DNA of 32,000 nt, taken from NCBI GenBank assembly GCA_001761425.1, contig CP012986.1, forward strand, positions 480,001 through 512,000, written 5' to 3'. This document shows positions 25,268-32,000 of this stretch, piece after piece. The position numbers and the translations under genes are program-made. The notes under the pieces were generated by a model. That model saw only the letters and a program-made list of their open reading frames with translations. It made no database searches and was not told where the DNA came from. This stretch comes from Candidatus Saccharimonadota bacterium (lineage in GTDB: Archaea; Nanohalarchaeota; Nanosalinia; Nanosalinales; Nanosalinaceae). Numbering within the stretch: the first letter of the stretch is position 1; each line of letters begins with the position of its first letter.

Positions 25268-26932
25268 ATGCCAGGATTAGGTGGACAGCCAGTTTTTATC
25301 ATGTCGGAAGATGCGGAACGTCAAACCGGAGAAGATGCTCAGGAAAATAATATTGATGCGTGTAAGTCGGTTGCTAAGGCCGTTCGTACCACGTTAGGTC
25401 CTAAGGGTATGGACAAGATGATGGTTGATTCTGTCGGCGATCTGGTGGTTACGAACGATGGTGTGACCATACTTGAAGAGATGGATCTCCAGCATCCTGC
25501 TGCTCAGATGATGGTGGAGGTCGCACAGACCCAGGAAGAAGAGGTTGGCGACGGAACAACCACTGCAGTAGTTCTCGCGGGAGAACTGCTGAAACAGGCA
25601 GAAGATCTTCTTGACCAGGAGATCCATCCTACCGTGATTACCAAAGGCTACAGGAAGGCCCGTGAAAAGTCCACAGAAGTTCTCGATGATATCTCCGAGG
25701 ATGTAAATCTTGGAGATGATGATATACTTCAGAGAGTAGCTATGACTGCGATGACAGGTAAATCTGCAGAATCAGCTCGGGATTATCTTGCTGAGATTGG
25801 AGTTGAAGCTGTCAATCAGGTAGCAGAGGAGAGAGAAGATAGAATTGTAATTGATAGAAAATCTATAAAGCTTGAGAAGAGTGAAGGAGGCTCAGTTGAG
25901 GAAACAGAGCTTGTTCAGGGAGTTATCCTTGACAAAGAGAAGGTTCACGGAGACATGCCCGACCATGTAGAGGACGTGGATATAGCACTTCTCAACAGTC
26001 CTATCGAGGTCAAGGAGACCGAGACAGACGCCGAGATCAACATCTCCGATCCAGGCCAGATGAAAAACTTCGTAGAGCAGGAAGAGGAACAACTGAAAGA
26101 GATGGTAGAAGCTATCGACTCAGCAGGAGCCGACGTAGTTCTATGCCAGAAAGGCATCGATGACATGGCCCAGCATTATCTCGCAAAGAAAGAAATTCTC
26201 GCGATCAGAAGGGTCTCAACCTCTGACCTCAAAAAACTGTCCAACGCGACAGGAGCAAGTACTGTAACAAACATCAAAGACATCACGAACTCTGACCTCG
26301 GGAACGCTGGAAGCGTAAGGCAGAGAAAGGTCGGCGGAAACACGATGACATTCGTACAGGACTGTCCAGAGGCAGAATCTGTCTCAATCCTCGTGAGAGG
26401 AGGAACAGAACACGTAGTAGACGAGATCGAGAGAGCGATGGAAGACGCCATCGGAGGGGTATCAAGCGGTCTCCGCAACGGCCAGGTAGTAGGAGGTGGA
26501 GGCGCAACAGAAGTAGAACTCGCACAGGAACTCCGTGACTACGCCGACTCAGTAGGCGGAAGAGAACAACTGGCAATCAACGCCTTCGCAGACGCACTTG
26601 AAGTCGTTCCAAGAACCCTAGCAGAAAACGCAGGCTTCGATCCAATCGACACACTAGTCGATCTCAGAAATAAACACGACTCCGGGGACACATGGAGCGG
26701 AATCGATGTAACATCTGGAAAAAGCGAAAAACTGTTCGACAAAGGAGTCGTCGAGCCAAAACAGACCAAGACACAGGCCGTCCAAAGCGCCTCTGAGGCC
26801 TCCGAGATGATCCTGCGTATCGACGACGTGATCTCCGCATCAGGATTCGACAGTGAAGGAGAAACAGGAGGCGGACCACCTTCCGGAGGAATGCCTGGCG
26901 GAGGAATGGGCGGTATGGGAGGAATGATGTGA
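25268..26932 (+). CDS. ths: thermosome subunit (group II chaperonin)
   Basis: 554 aa. [46 protein letters not shown], and the GGM-rich tail [15 protein letters not shown]. Confidence 0.95.
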   Translation: MPGLGGQPVFIMSEDAERQTGEDAQENNIDACKSVAKAVRTTLGPKGMDKMMVDSVGDLVVTNDGVTILEEMDLQHPAAQMMVEVAQTQEEEVGDGTTTAVVLAGELLKQAEDLLDQEIHPTVITKGYRKAREKSTEVLDDISEDVNLGDDDILQRVAMTAMTGKSAESARDYLAEIGVEAVNQVAEEREDRIVIDRKSIKLEKSEGGSVEETELVQGVILDKEKVHGDMPDHVEDVDIALLNSPIEVKETETDAEINISDPGQMKNFVEQEEEQLKEMVEAIDSAGADVVLCQKGIDDMAQHYLAKKEILAIRRVSTSDLKKLSNATGASTVTNIKDITNSDLGNAGSVRQRKVGGNTMTFVQDCPEAESVSILVRGGTEHVVDEIERAMEDAIGGVSSGLRNGQVVGGGGATEVELAQELRDYADSVGGREQLAINAFADALEVVPRTLAENAGFDPIDTLVDLRNKHDSGDTWSGIDVTSGKSEKLFDKGVVEPKQTKTQAVQSASEASEMILRIDDVISASGFDSEGETGGGPPSGGMPGGGMGGMGGMM

Positions 26933-26981
26933 AGCCGTTAGGCTGATCATCTTCCAACTTTCCAGAAACTCTCAGAGCTTC

Positions 26982-27008
26982 GGCTGGGCGACATGATGTG
27001 GCTCAGCC
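26982..27008 (+). terminator. weak hairpin plus T-rich tract after the thermosome gene
   Basis: GGCTGGGC ... GCTCAGCC gives an 8-bp stem if one G-U pair is allowed, with an 11-nt loop. It is followed by tttctctacattttctttctcttttttct. Confidence 0.25.
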
Positions 27009-27057
27009 CCCTCAGGCCTTTCTCTACATTTTCTTTCTCTTTTTTCTAAATCATTGG

Positions 27058-27066
27058 TTATAAATA
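27058..27066 (+). promoter_or_regulatory. TATA box for the pilus-locus first gene, with GAGGT at 27093-27097
   Basis: TTATAAATA is centred about 46 nt upstream of the ATG at 27108. GAGGT lies 10 nt upstream of the ATG. Confidence 0.35.
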
Positions 27067-27107
27067 CCGGCAGTGGTAATTCTGTGTCATAAGAGGTTAC
27101 GAAAACT

Positions 27108-27836
27108 ATGTCTGATAGAGATGAGGTAGAGCTGGACGGCGGAGATGACGATTACGAGGTCGTGCCTGTAGGGCCTTTAAGAAAACTTGAAAGAAGAGTT
27201 GATGAGCTTCAGAAACAGACCAAACAGCAGAATCAAGGCGGAGCAGGAGGTCAGGCCTCTGCTGCGAACGATGAGATGATCCGTGATGTCATCGATATCA
27301 TGAAGTCGAATCAGAAGATTGTCAATGATATGACTGAGTCCACTCACGAACTGAAAAACAGTGTTGAGGACTTGACCCACAAGATGGACGAAGTTGTCGA
27401 TAATATGAACCAGTTCATGGATCTCCTGACGGAGGCCTCCGAGATGGATATGGAGGGCGAAATGGTGAGTGATATGGAGCAGCGTGTTGCTGATGCAATC
27501 GGCAACCAGATGCAGGAAGTCGCTCAGGATATCAGGCAGTCGAATCAGGAGGTTGTCGATAATCTGGATAATATTAACGAGAGTTTGAGGAAAACTTATG
27601 CCTCCCAGAATAACTCTGTAAGGCACTCGCAATCGACAGGTTCACAGGCAGGAGGCCAGATGCCTCAGGCCTCCCAGGGCAGTGGAGGCGGTTCAGGCCT
27701 TGATATGGGCGGTGGCGGAAATGGCGGTCAAACCAGGGCTCAGGATCAGGGAAGAGGTCAGATGGGAGGTAATAATGATGACCGCATGGAAAAGTTGAAG
27801 CAAAGATTTAACCAAGATAGGAGCAACAATGAGTAG
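27108..27836 (+). CDS. hypothetical coiled-coil protein with Q/N/G-rich low-complexity C-terminus
   Basis: 242 aa. Acidic N-terminus, then heptad-like helical repeats rich in D/E/M/N/Q, then GSQAGGQMPQASQGSGGGSGLDMGGGGNGGQTRAQDQGRGQMGG. It overlaps the next pilin gene by 8 nt. Confidence 0.65.
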   Translation: MSDRDEVELDGGDDDYEVVPVGPLRKLERRVDELQKQTKQQNQGGAGGQASAANDEMIRDVIDIMKSNQKIVNDMTESTHELKNSVEDLTHKMDEVVDNMNQFMDLLTEASEMDMEGEMVSDMEQRVADAIGNQMQEVAQDIRQSNQEVVDNLDNINESLRKTYASQNNSVRHSQSTGSQAGGQMPQASQGSGGGSGLDMGGGGNGGQTRAQDQGRGQMGGNNDDRMEKLKQRFNQDRSNNE

Positions 27837-28299
27837 AAAGGGAGTTACTCCCGTTGTTGCAACAGCTCTTTTGATTGGTATTGCCGTTTCTACAGCTCTG
27901 ACTGCTTCTGTGTTTATGGATAACACTCTTTCTGATGTGAAGGGTAATTTTGAAGATGAAATTAACGACAGAGATAAGGAATCTGATTCAGGGATGACTA
28001 TTCAGTATGGTTACGAACAGGGAGGTTATTTGTTTACGGATGTGAGAAATACTGGTTCCATAGCTTTGCCTCTTAAAGACAATGATACCCGGACTCTTTC
28101 TGTATACATGGATGGGAGGCCTAATAATGACTGGGAGTATCTTTCTGACAGAGATGTGCTTGGACAGGATGCTACTGTTACTATTAACACCAGTAGGCCT
28201 TTCCCGGGTCAGGGTAACTCAACTGAGGTTGATATCAGAGGAGCTTACGGTACTGAATCCAGTATTATCTGTTATAACGACGGATCAAACTCCTGTTAA
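27829..28299 (+). CDS. archaeal type IV pilin-like protein (class III signal peptide)
   Basis: MSRKG/VTPVVATALLIGIAVSTALTASVF is a short basic leader followed by the Pilin_N (DUF1628-type) hydrophobic helix. The C-terminus is CYNDGSNSC. Confidence 0.8.
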   Translation: MSRKGVTPVVATALLIGIAVSTALTASVFMDNTLSDVKGNFEDEINDRDKESDSGMTIQYGYEQGGYLFTDVRNTGSIALPLKDNDTRTLSVYMDGRPNNDWEYLSDRDVLGQDATVTINTSRPFPGQGNSTEVDIRGAYGTESSIICYNDGSNSC

Positions 28300-28300
28300 A

Positions 28301-28310
28301 TTATTTAAAT
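28301..28310 (+). promoter_or_regulatory. TATA box, leaderless spacing to the pilin gene at 28332
   Basis: TTATTTAAAT is centred about 27 nt upstream of the ATG. Confidence 0.35.
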
Positions 28311-28331
28311 GAGTGAACTTGATTAGTCAAT

Positions 28332-28892
28332 ATGACACGATCTATTAGGTCAAGATTTAGTCGAAAAGGTATAACGCCTATAATCGCCACGGTCCTGCTT
28401 CTAGGTATTACTGTTGCGATCGGTTTAACTGTTTACACCCAGGCACAGGGAATGATTGGAAATACTGATACATCAAATATTAACAGATTGCAGGAGACAG
28501 ATGTTAGTTTGACGCCAGTATTTGATAACGATGGCGAAATGCAAGTCCAAGTCAGTAATAAGGGAGACCGGGCGATCAACGTGAGTGACTTTACAGTATA
28601 CTACGGTCCTCCAAACTATGATCCGGTATCCTACTCAGTGCTTGAGGCACAGGCTTCAGACTGGACAGTAGGAAATGATGGAAATCAGTGCTTTACCTCG
28701 AACATGTCCTCAGGAGCAGATTCTATGGACAATGATATCCTTGAACAGGGAGAAAGAGCGTCCTGTTCGACAGGCGTGAAATTCCCTGGAGCGCTTGAAT
28801 CTGTAGAGATCAGAGTTGAGGCGGACGACTTTGAATACAGCCAGTCCACGTTGTGTAGCGTGGACAGCGAGGACGCAAACAGCTGTAGTTAG
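28332..28892 (+). CDS. archaeal type IV pilin-like protein (paralog A)
   Basis: MTRSIRSRFSRKG/ITPIIATVLLLGITVAIGLTVYTQAQG. 186 aa with four Cys, including the C-terminal CSVDSEDANSC. Confidence 0.85.
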   Translation: MTRSIRSRFSRKGITPIIATVLLLGITVAIGLTVYTQAQGMIGNTDTSNINRLQETDVSLTPVFDNDGEMQVQVSNKGDRAINVSDFTVYYGPPNYDPVSYSVLEAQASDWTVGNDGNQCFTSNMSSGADSMDNDILEQGERASCSTGVKFPGALESVEIRVEADDFEYSQSTLCSVDSEDANSCS

Positions 28893-29006
28893 AAAACCTC
28901 GGCCACCCATATTTTTCACTTATTTCTTCCTCAGCTTATCTTCTTTTTCTGGAGTCTTCACACACCGAGACTTTTTTGTACTGTAAGTTGAAGGCCTTTC
29001 CGAGGA

Positions 29007-29017
29007 ATTTTTAAAGA
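29007..29017 (+). promoter_or_regulatory. TATA box upstream of pilin paralog B
   Basis: AATTTTTAAAG is centred about 26 nt upstream of the second in-frame ATG (29038). This suggests a leaderless start at 29038 and a 13-residue leader, the same length as in paralog A. Confidence 0.3.
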
Positions 29018-29028
29018 AGGATTGACAT

Positions 29029-29589
29029 ATGTCCTATATGCTTAGAGATAAGTCTGAAATGTCGACAAGGAAAGGTATAACGCCCATTATTGCGACTGTT
29101 TTGCTTCTGGGTATTACTGTTGCAATTGGTTTAACTGTTTACACCCAGGCTCAGGGCCTTCTTGAGGGAGCTGGAGATACTTCCAATTTTGACAGGGTTA
29201 GAGCTACAAGTATATCCTTGAGTCCTGTCTACAGCGATAGTGGTATGCAGTTGCAGGTCAGTAACAAGGGAGATCGGGCGATTAATGTAACTGATTACAC
29301 GATTTACTATGGTCCTCCGAATTATGATCCCGTGACATGGGAAGTTCTTGATGCTCAGACTGATAACTGGGTAGCAGGAAATGGGAATAAGTGTTTCACT
29401 CCAGATATGAAGGATTCCGATCAGATGGATAACAACATTATCGAGCCTGGAGATAGGGCTACATGTTCTACAGGCGTGGCGTTCCCGGGGGCGCTTGAAT
29501 CAGTGCAGATCAGGGTTGAAGCTGATGATTTCAATTACGATACGGGTTATACCTGTTCTGTTGATTCGTCCAGTGCCAAGACATGTTAG
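29029..29589 (+). CDS. archaeal type IV pilin-like protein (paralog B; start may be 29038)
   Basis: ...MLRDKSEMSTRKG/ITPIIATVLLLGITVAIGLTVYTQAQG. The mature N-terminus is identical to paralog A. The four Cys positions are shared, with C-terminal CSVDSSSAKTC. Confidence 0.85.
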   Translation: MSYMLRDKSEMSTRKGITPIIATVLLLGITVAIGLTVYTQAQGLLEGAGDTSNFDRVRATSISLSPVYSDSGMQLQVSNKGDRAINVTDYTIYYGPPNYDPVTWEVLDAQTDNWVAGNGNKCFTPDMKDSDQMDNNIIEPGDRATCSTGVAFPGALESVQIRVEADDFNYDTGYTCSVDSSSAKTC

Positions 29590-29652
29590 TTTTTTCTTTT
29601 CTTTCTTATCACCTTGTTTTATATTTAGGTATTACCTATACTTGTTTAGTTT

Positions 29653-30297
29653 ATGAAAGGTCAGACTCAGGCTGTTACGGCTGTTATGATTACGGGCATT
29701 GTTATGGGAGGTATTGGAACTGCGTATCTTTGGGGTGTTCCAATGCTGGAGAAAAGACAGGTTGAACAAGAAGTTACTACAACGGAAGAAGATGTTTTGA
29801 ATCTCAGAGAGGAGATTGAATCCGTGAGTCAGAGAGGTTCGGGAGCTTCGTCCTCTGTCTCTATAGATGCAGATACTATAACGGTAAATAATGAGGATGA
29901 GTATATTCAGATCACAAATCAGCTGGATCAGTCAGCTGAACAGGGCTTTACATGGAGTCTTCTCGATGGTCAGGGATATCAGAATCTTTCGTGGACTACT
30001 GGTGTAGCAGCTATAGAAGGAGAGGATACTCCTGGTGTAGTTGCTTTCCGGTCAGTGGCTGGAGAGGACTCTTCTGAAATCACTTACCGTGTAGAGTTCA
30101 GAAACCTGTGTTCGGAGAGTTCTGGCGAGGTTTCAAAAGTAGATATTGAATCTGATGGGCAGACCAGGGCCTCTGGAAGCACTGAAATCACCTTCACCAA
30201 CGATGGGGAAGAGGTCAGTAACACTGTGATTCCAGATGGCGCATGTGAAGGAAGGACCACCCGGACCAGCACCCAGATAGGTATACAGTTAGGTTGA
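29653..30297 (+). CDS. pilin-like / minor pilin candidate with class III-like signal
   Basis: MKG/QTQAVTAVMITGIVMGGIGTAYLWG followed by a Ser/Thr/Glu-rich, beta-rich-looking domain. 214 aa. Confidence 0.6.
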   Translation: MKGQTQAVTAVMITGIVMGGIGTAYLWGVPMLEKRQVEQEVTTTEEDVLNLREEIESVSQRGSGASSSVSIDADTITVNNEDEYIQITNQLDQSAEQGFTWSLLDGQGYQNLSWTTGVAAIEGEDTPGVVAFRSVAGEDSSEITYRVEFRNLCSESSGEVSKVDIESDGQTRASGSTEITFTNDGEEVSNTVIPDGACEGRTTRTSTQIGIQLG

Positions 30298-30301
30298 TAG
30301 A

Positions 30302-30718
30302 ATGAGCAAAGGCCAGCACCTGGCTCTGGAATCAGTAGCTACATTTGGCCTTACACTCATAGCAGCAGTAGGAGTTGTCCAGATGTTTGGCCAGGTAAAC
30401 GATGGAGTAGTCACCAGCACCGAGGAAACACAGGCAGAGGTTGTCGGCGACGTGGTAAGAAGTACAGTGATTCAAATGGAATCAAGTTCAGAACAGGAAA
30501 GAGGATACCATCAACTGGAGCTTCCCGAAAAAATAGGGGGAAAAGACTATACTGTGGCACTCAAGCAGGGAAAAGTACTGGTCTTCACAGATAATAACGA
30601 ATTCAGCCAGAACTTCAACCTAGGATCTACAGATAAAGTTCAGGAAGGTTCGGCGCAGGGAGGAAGCGTCCGCATATTCAAAAACAGCGAAGGATACACT
30701 TTGAGGTCAGGAAGATGA
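30302..30718 (+). CDS. pilin-like / minor pilin candidate with class III-like signal
   Basis: MSKG/QHLALESVATFGLTLIAAVGVVQMF. 138 aa. Its stop overlaps the next gene's ATG (ATGA). Confidence 0.55.
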   Translation: MSKGQHLALESVATFGLTLIAAVGVVQMFGQVNDGVVTSTEETQAEVVGDVVRSTVIQMESSSEQERGYHQLELPEKIGGKDYTVALKQGKVLVFTDNNEFSQNFNLGSTDKVQEGSAQGGSVRIFKNSEGYTLRSGR

Positions 30719-32000
30719 ACCCGGGAATGCAGAACTTAATAAAACGTCTACAAAGGCTAAAGCATCCAGAAAGATTCGAACAAAGGGAAGATGAGAGAGA
30801 AGATAGCCCAGGAGTAAGTGTACCTATTCCAGGAGATTTCGATCCAGAAACAGTAGAACAGGAAAGTGAGGAGGAACAAAGTGAAGGCCTTGAGGATACA
30901 GATATAACATATCCTTTGACTCCGACTGATCCTGCGGAAGGAGAAACGGTCTATGCATGGGCTCATATCACCTGGGACGAACAGGGAGAGGAACTTGTAT
31001 ACAGGGTTATAGAGCCTCAGAGAACGCCTAGGACAGATCAGATCCTTGATAAGATCAAAAATATTCTTGAGAGCAGTTTTGACGTTGATTTCAATGAACT
31101 TGCTACTGATGAGGCCCATGAATATCTTGAGGATAAAATTGATCATATTATAGACAAGTATGATATCTCTCTAAACGGTAAGGAACAGCAGATAATCCGA
31201 TACTATGCAAAGAGAGACTTTGTAGGCCTTGGCAAGCTTCAGCCGTTGATGAATGACACAGAGGTTGAGGATATTTCGTGTGACGGCCTTGATATACCTG
31301 TCTATGTTGATCACAGGAATCCGAAGTTTGGTTCGATCAAGACTTCGGTGATGTGGACGGAGGCCGAGGAGCTTAACAGTTTCGTGATGAAGATGGCTCA
31401 GAGATGCGGTAAATCAGTTTCTGTGGCCAATCCTTTGCTTGATGGTTCTCTTCCGGATGGATCACGTGTACAGGCGACACTTGCGACAGATATTGCCAGG
31501 AAGGGTTCGAACTTCACTATCAGAAGGTTTACAGAGGATCCTTTGACACCAGTCCATATGATGGATTTCGAGACAGAGAACGCCCAGTTACTCAGTTATC
31601 TCTGGTTTATGATTGAGCATGAGAAATCTACCTTGATCGCAGGTACTACGGGAGCAGGTAAGACTTCACAGCTCAACGCTTTGTCTCTGTTCATCAAGCC
31701 GGAGAAAAAGATCGTCTCAATTGAGGATACGCCGGAGCTCAGGCTTCCACATGATCACTGGGTGCCGGAAGTCGCAAGAAGTGGTTTCGGATCAAGTGCT
31801 GAAGAAGGCGGAGAAGTATCTCTTGATAACCTGTTGAAGGAGTCTCTGCGTCAGAGGCCTGAGTTTATCATTGTTGGTGAGGTCAGAGGTGAGGAGGCCT
31901 ATATCCTGTTCCAGCAGATGGCCACAGGGCATACAGGTATGTCGACGATCCACGCTGATTCTCTTGGCATGCTTATGGATCGTTTGACAACTAACCCGAT
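30715..32000 (+). CDS. type IV pilus/archaellum-family assembly ATPase (FlaI/PilB/VirB11 superfamily), 3' end outside window
   Basis: Not in the ORF track because it has no stop within the window. I translated it by hand and the frame is open from the ATG at 30715 to 32000. Motifs: Walker A AGTTGAGKTS, SIEDTPEL (Asp box), Walker B PEFIIVGEVRGEEA, His box TGHTGMSTIHA. The N-terminal extension is acidic. Confidence 0.88.
   Translation, partial: MNPGMQNLIKRLQRLKHPERFEQREDEREDSPGVSVPIPGDFDPETVEQESEEEQSEGLEDTDITYPLTPTDPAEGETVYAWAHITWDEQGEELVYRVIEPQRTPRTDQILDKIKNILESSFDVDFNELATDEAHEYLEDKIDHIIDKYDISLNGKEQQIIRYYAKRDFVGLGKLQPLMNDTEVEDISCDGLDIPVYVDHRNPKFGSIKTSVMWTEAEELNSFVMKMAQRCGKSVSVANPLLDGSLPDGSRVQATLATDIARKGSNFTIRRFTEDPLTPVHMMDFETENAQLLSYLWFMIEHEKSTLIAGTTGAGKTSQLNALSLFIKPEKKIVSIEDTPELRLPHDHWVPEVARSGFGSSAEEGGEVSLDNLLKESLRQRPEFIIVGEVRGEEAYILFQQMATGHTGMSTIHADSLGMLMDRLTTNP

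Noticed and set aside
26878-26929. Gly/Met-rich repeat ([15 protein letters not shown]) at the end of the thermosome gene.
   Set aside because: This is the normal C-terminal GGM tail of chaperonins, not an anomalous repeat.

Overview
This is an archaeal chromosomal segment. It carries GatD/GatE, a thermosome, an archaeal-type RNase J, endonuclease Q, class III signal-peptide pilins and a FlaI/PilB-type ATPase. Promoters look TATA-box-driven and several genes appear leaderless. The proteins are strongly acidic and GC looks low-to-mid 40s % by eye, which suggests a salt-in halophile, possibly a nanohaloarchaeon-like DPANN lineage; that placement is inference only. I found no rRNA, tRNA, CRISPR array, transposase or integrase.

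Gene content, left to right:
- 1-7.9 kb: a CopB-like P-type ATPase (5' partial), then a DNA-damage and nucleotide-pool sanitation neighbourhood. It holds EndoQ, DUF192, a photolyase/cryptochrome paralog, a YjjX-like ITPase/XTPase, a protein with a PD-(D/E)xK-like motif, an EndoIII-like glycosylase and a nitroreductase.
- 7.9-13.7 kb: an accessory island. It holds a ~1385-codon type IIG restriction-modification gene split into two ORFs, a 222-aa unknown protein, a RelE/ParE-like protein, and a 5'-truncated FNR-like gene remnant at the edge.
- 14-20.6 kb: two more photolyase-family genes, OsmC, DUF2892, an amidohydrolase broken by a single-base deletion, and RNase J.
- 20.7-27 kb: gatD, three small genes, gatE and a thermosome subunit.
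- 27.1-32 kb: a type IV pilus-like locus with a Q/N/G-rich coiled-coil protein, three pilins, two pilin-like proteins and an assembly ATPase (3' partial).

The two strongest signals:
1. An (AC)12 dinucleotide tract sits inside the methyltransferase core of the type IIG R-M gene. It encodes a (Thr-His)n loop and puts the gene out of frame, which is the architecture of a phase-variable contingency locus.
2. The palindrome AGGCCT occurs about 110 times by my manual count, in all reading frames, on both coding strands and in spacers. That is more than ten times a base-composition expectation. It is nearly absent from a few discrete segments, and paired copies form terminator-like hairpins.
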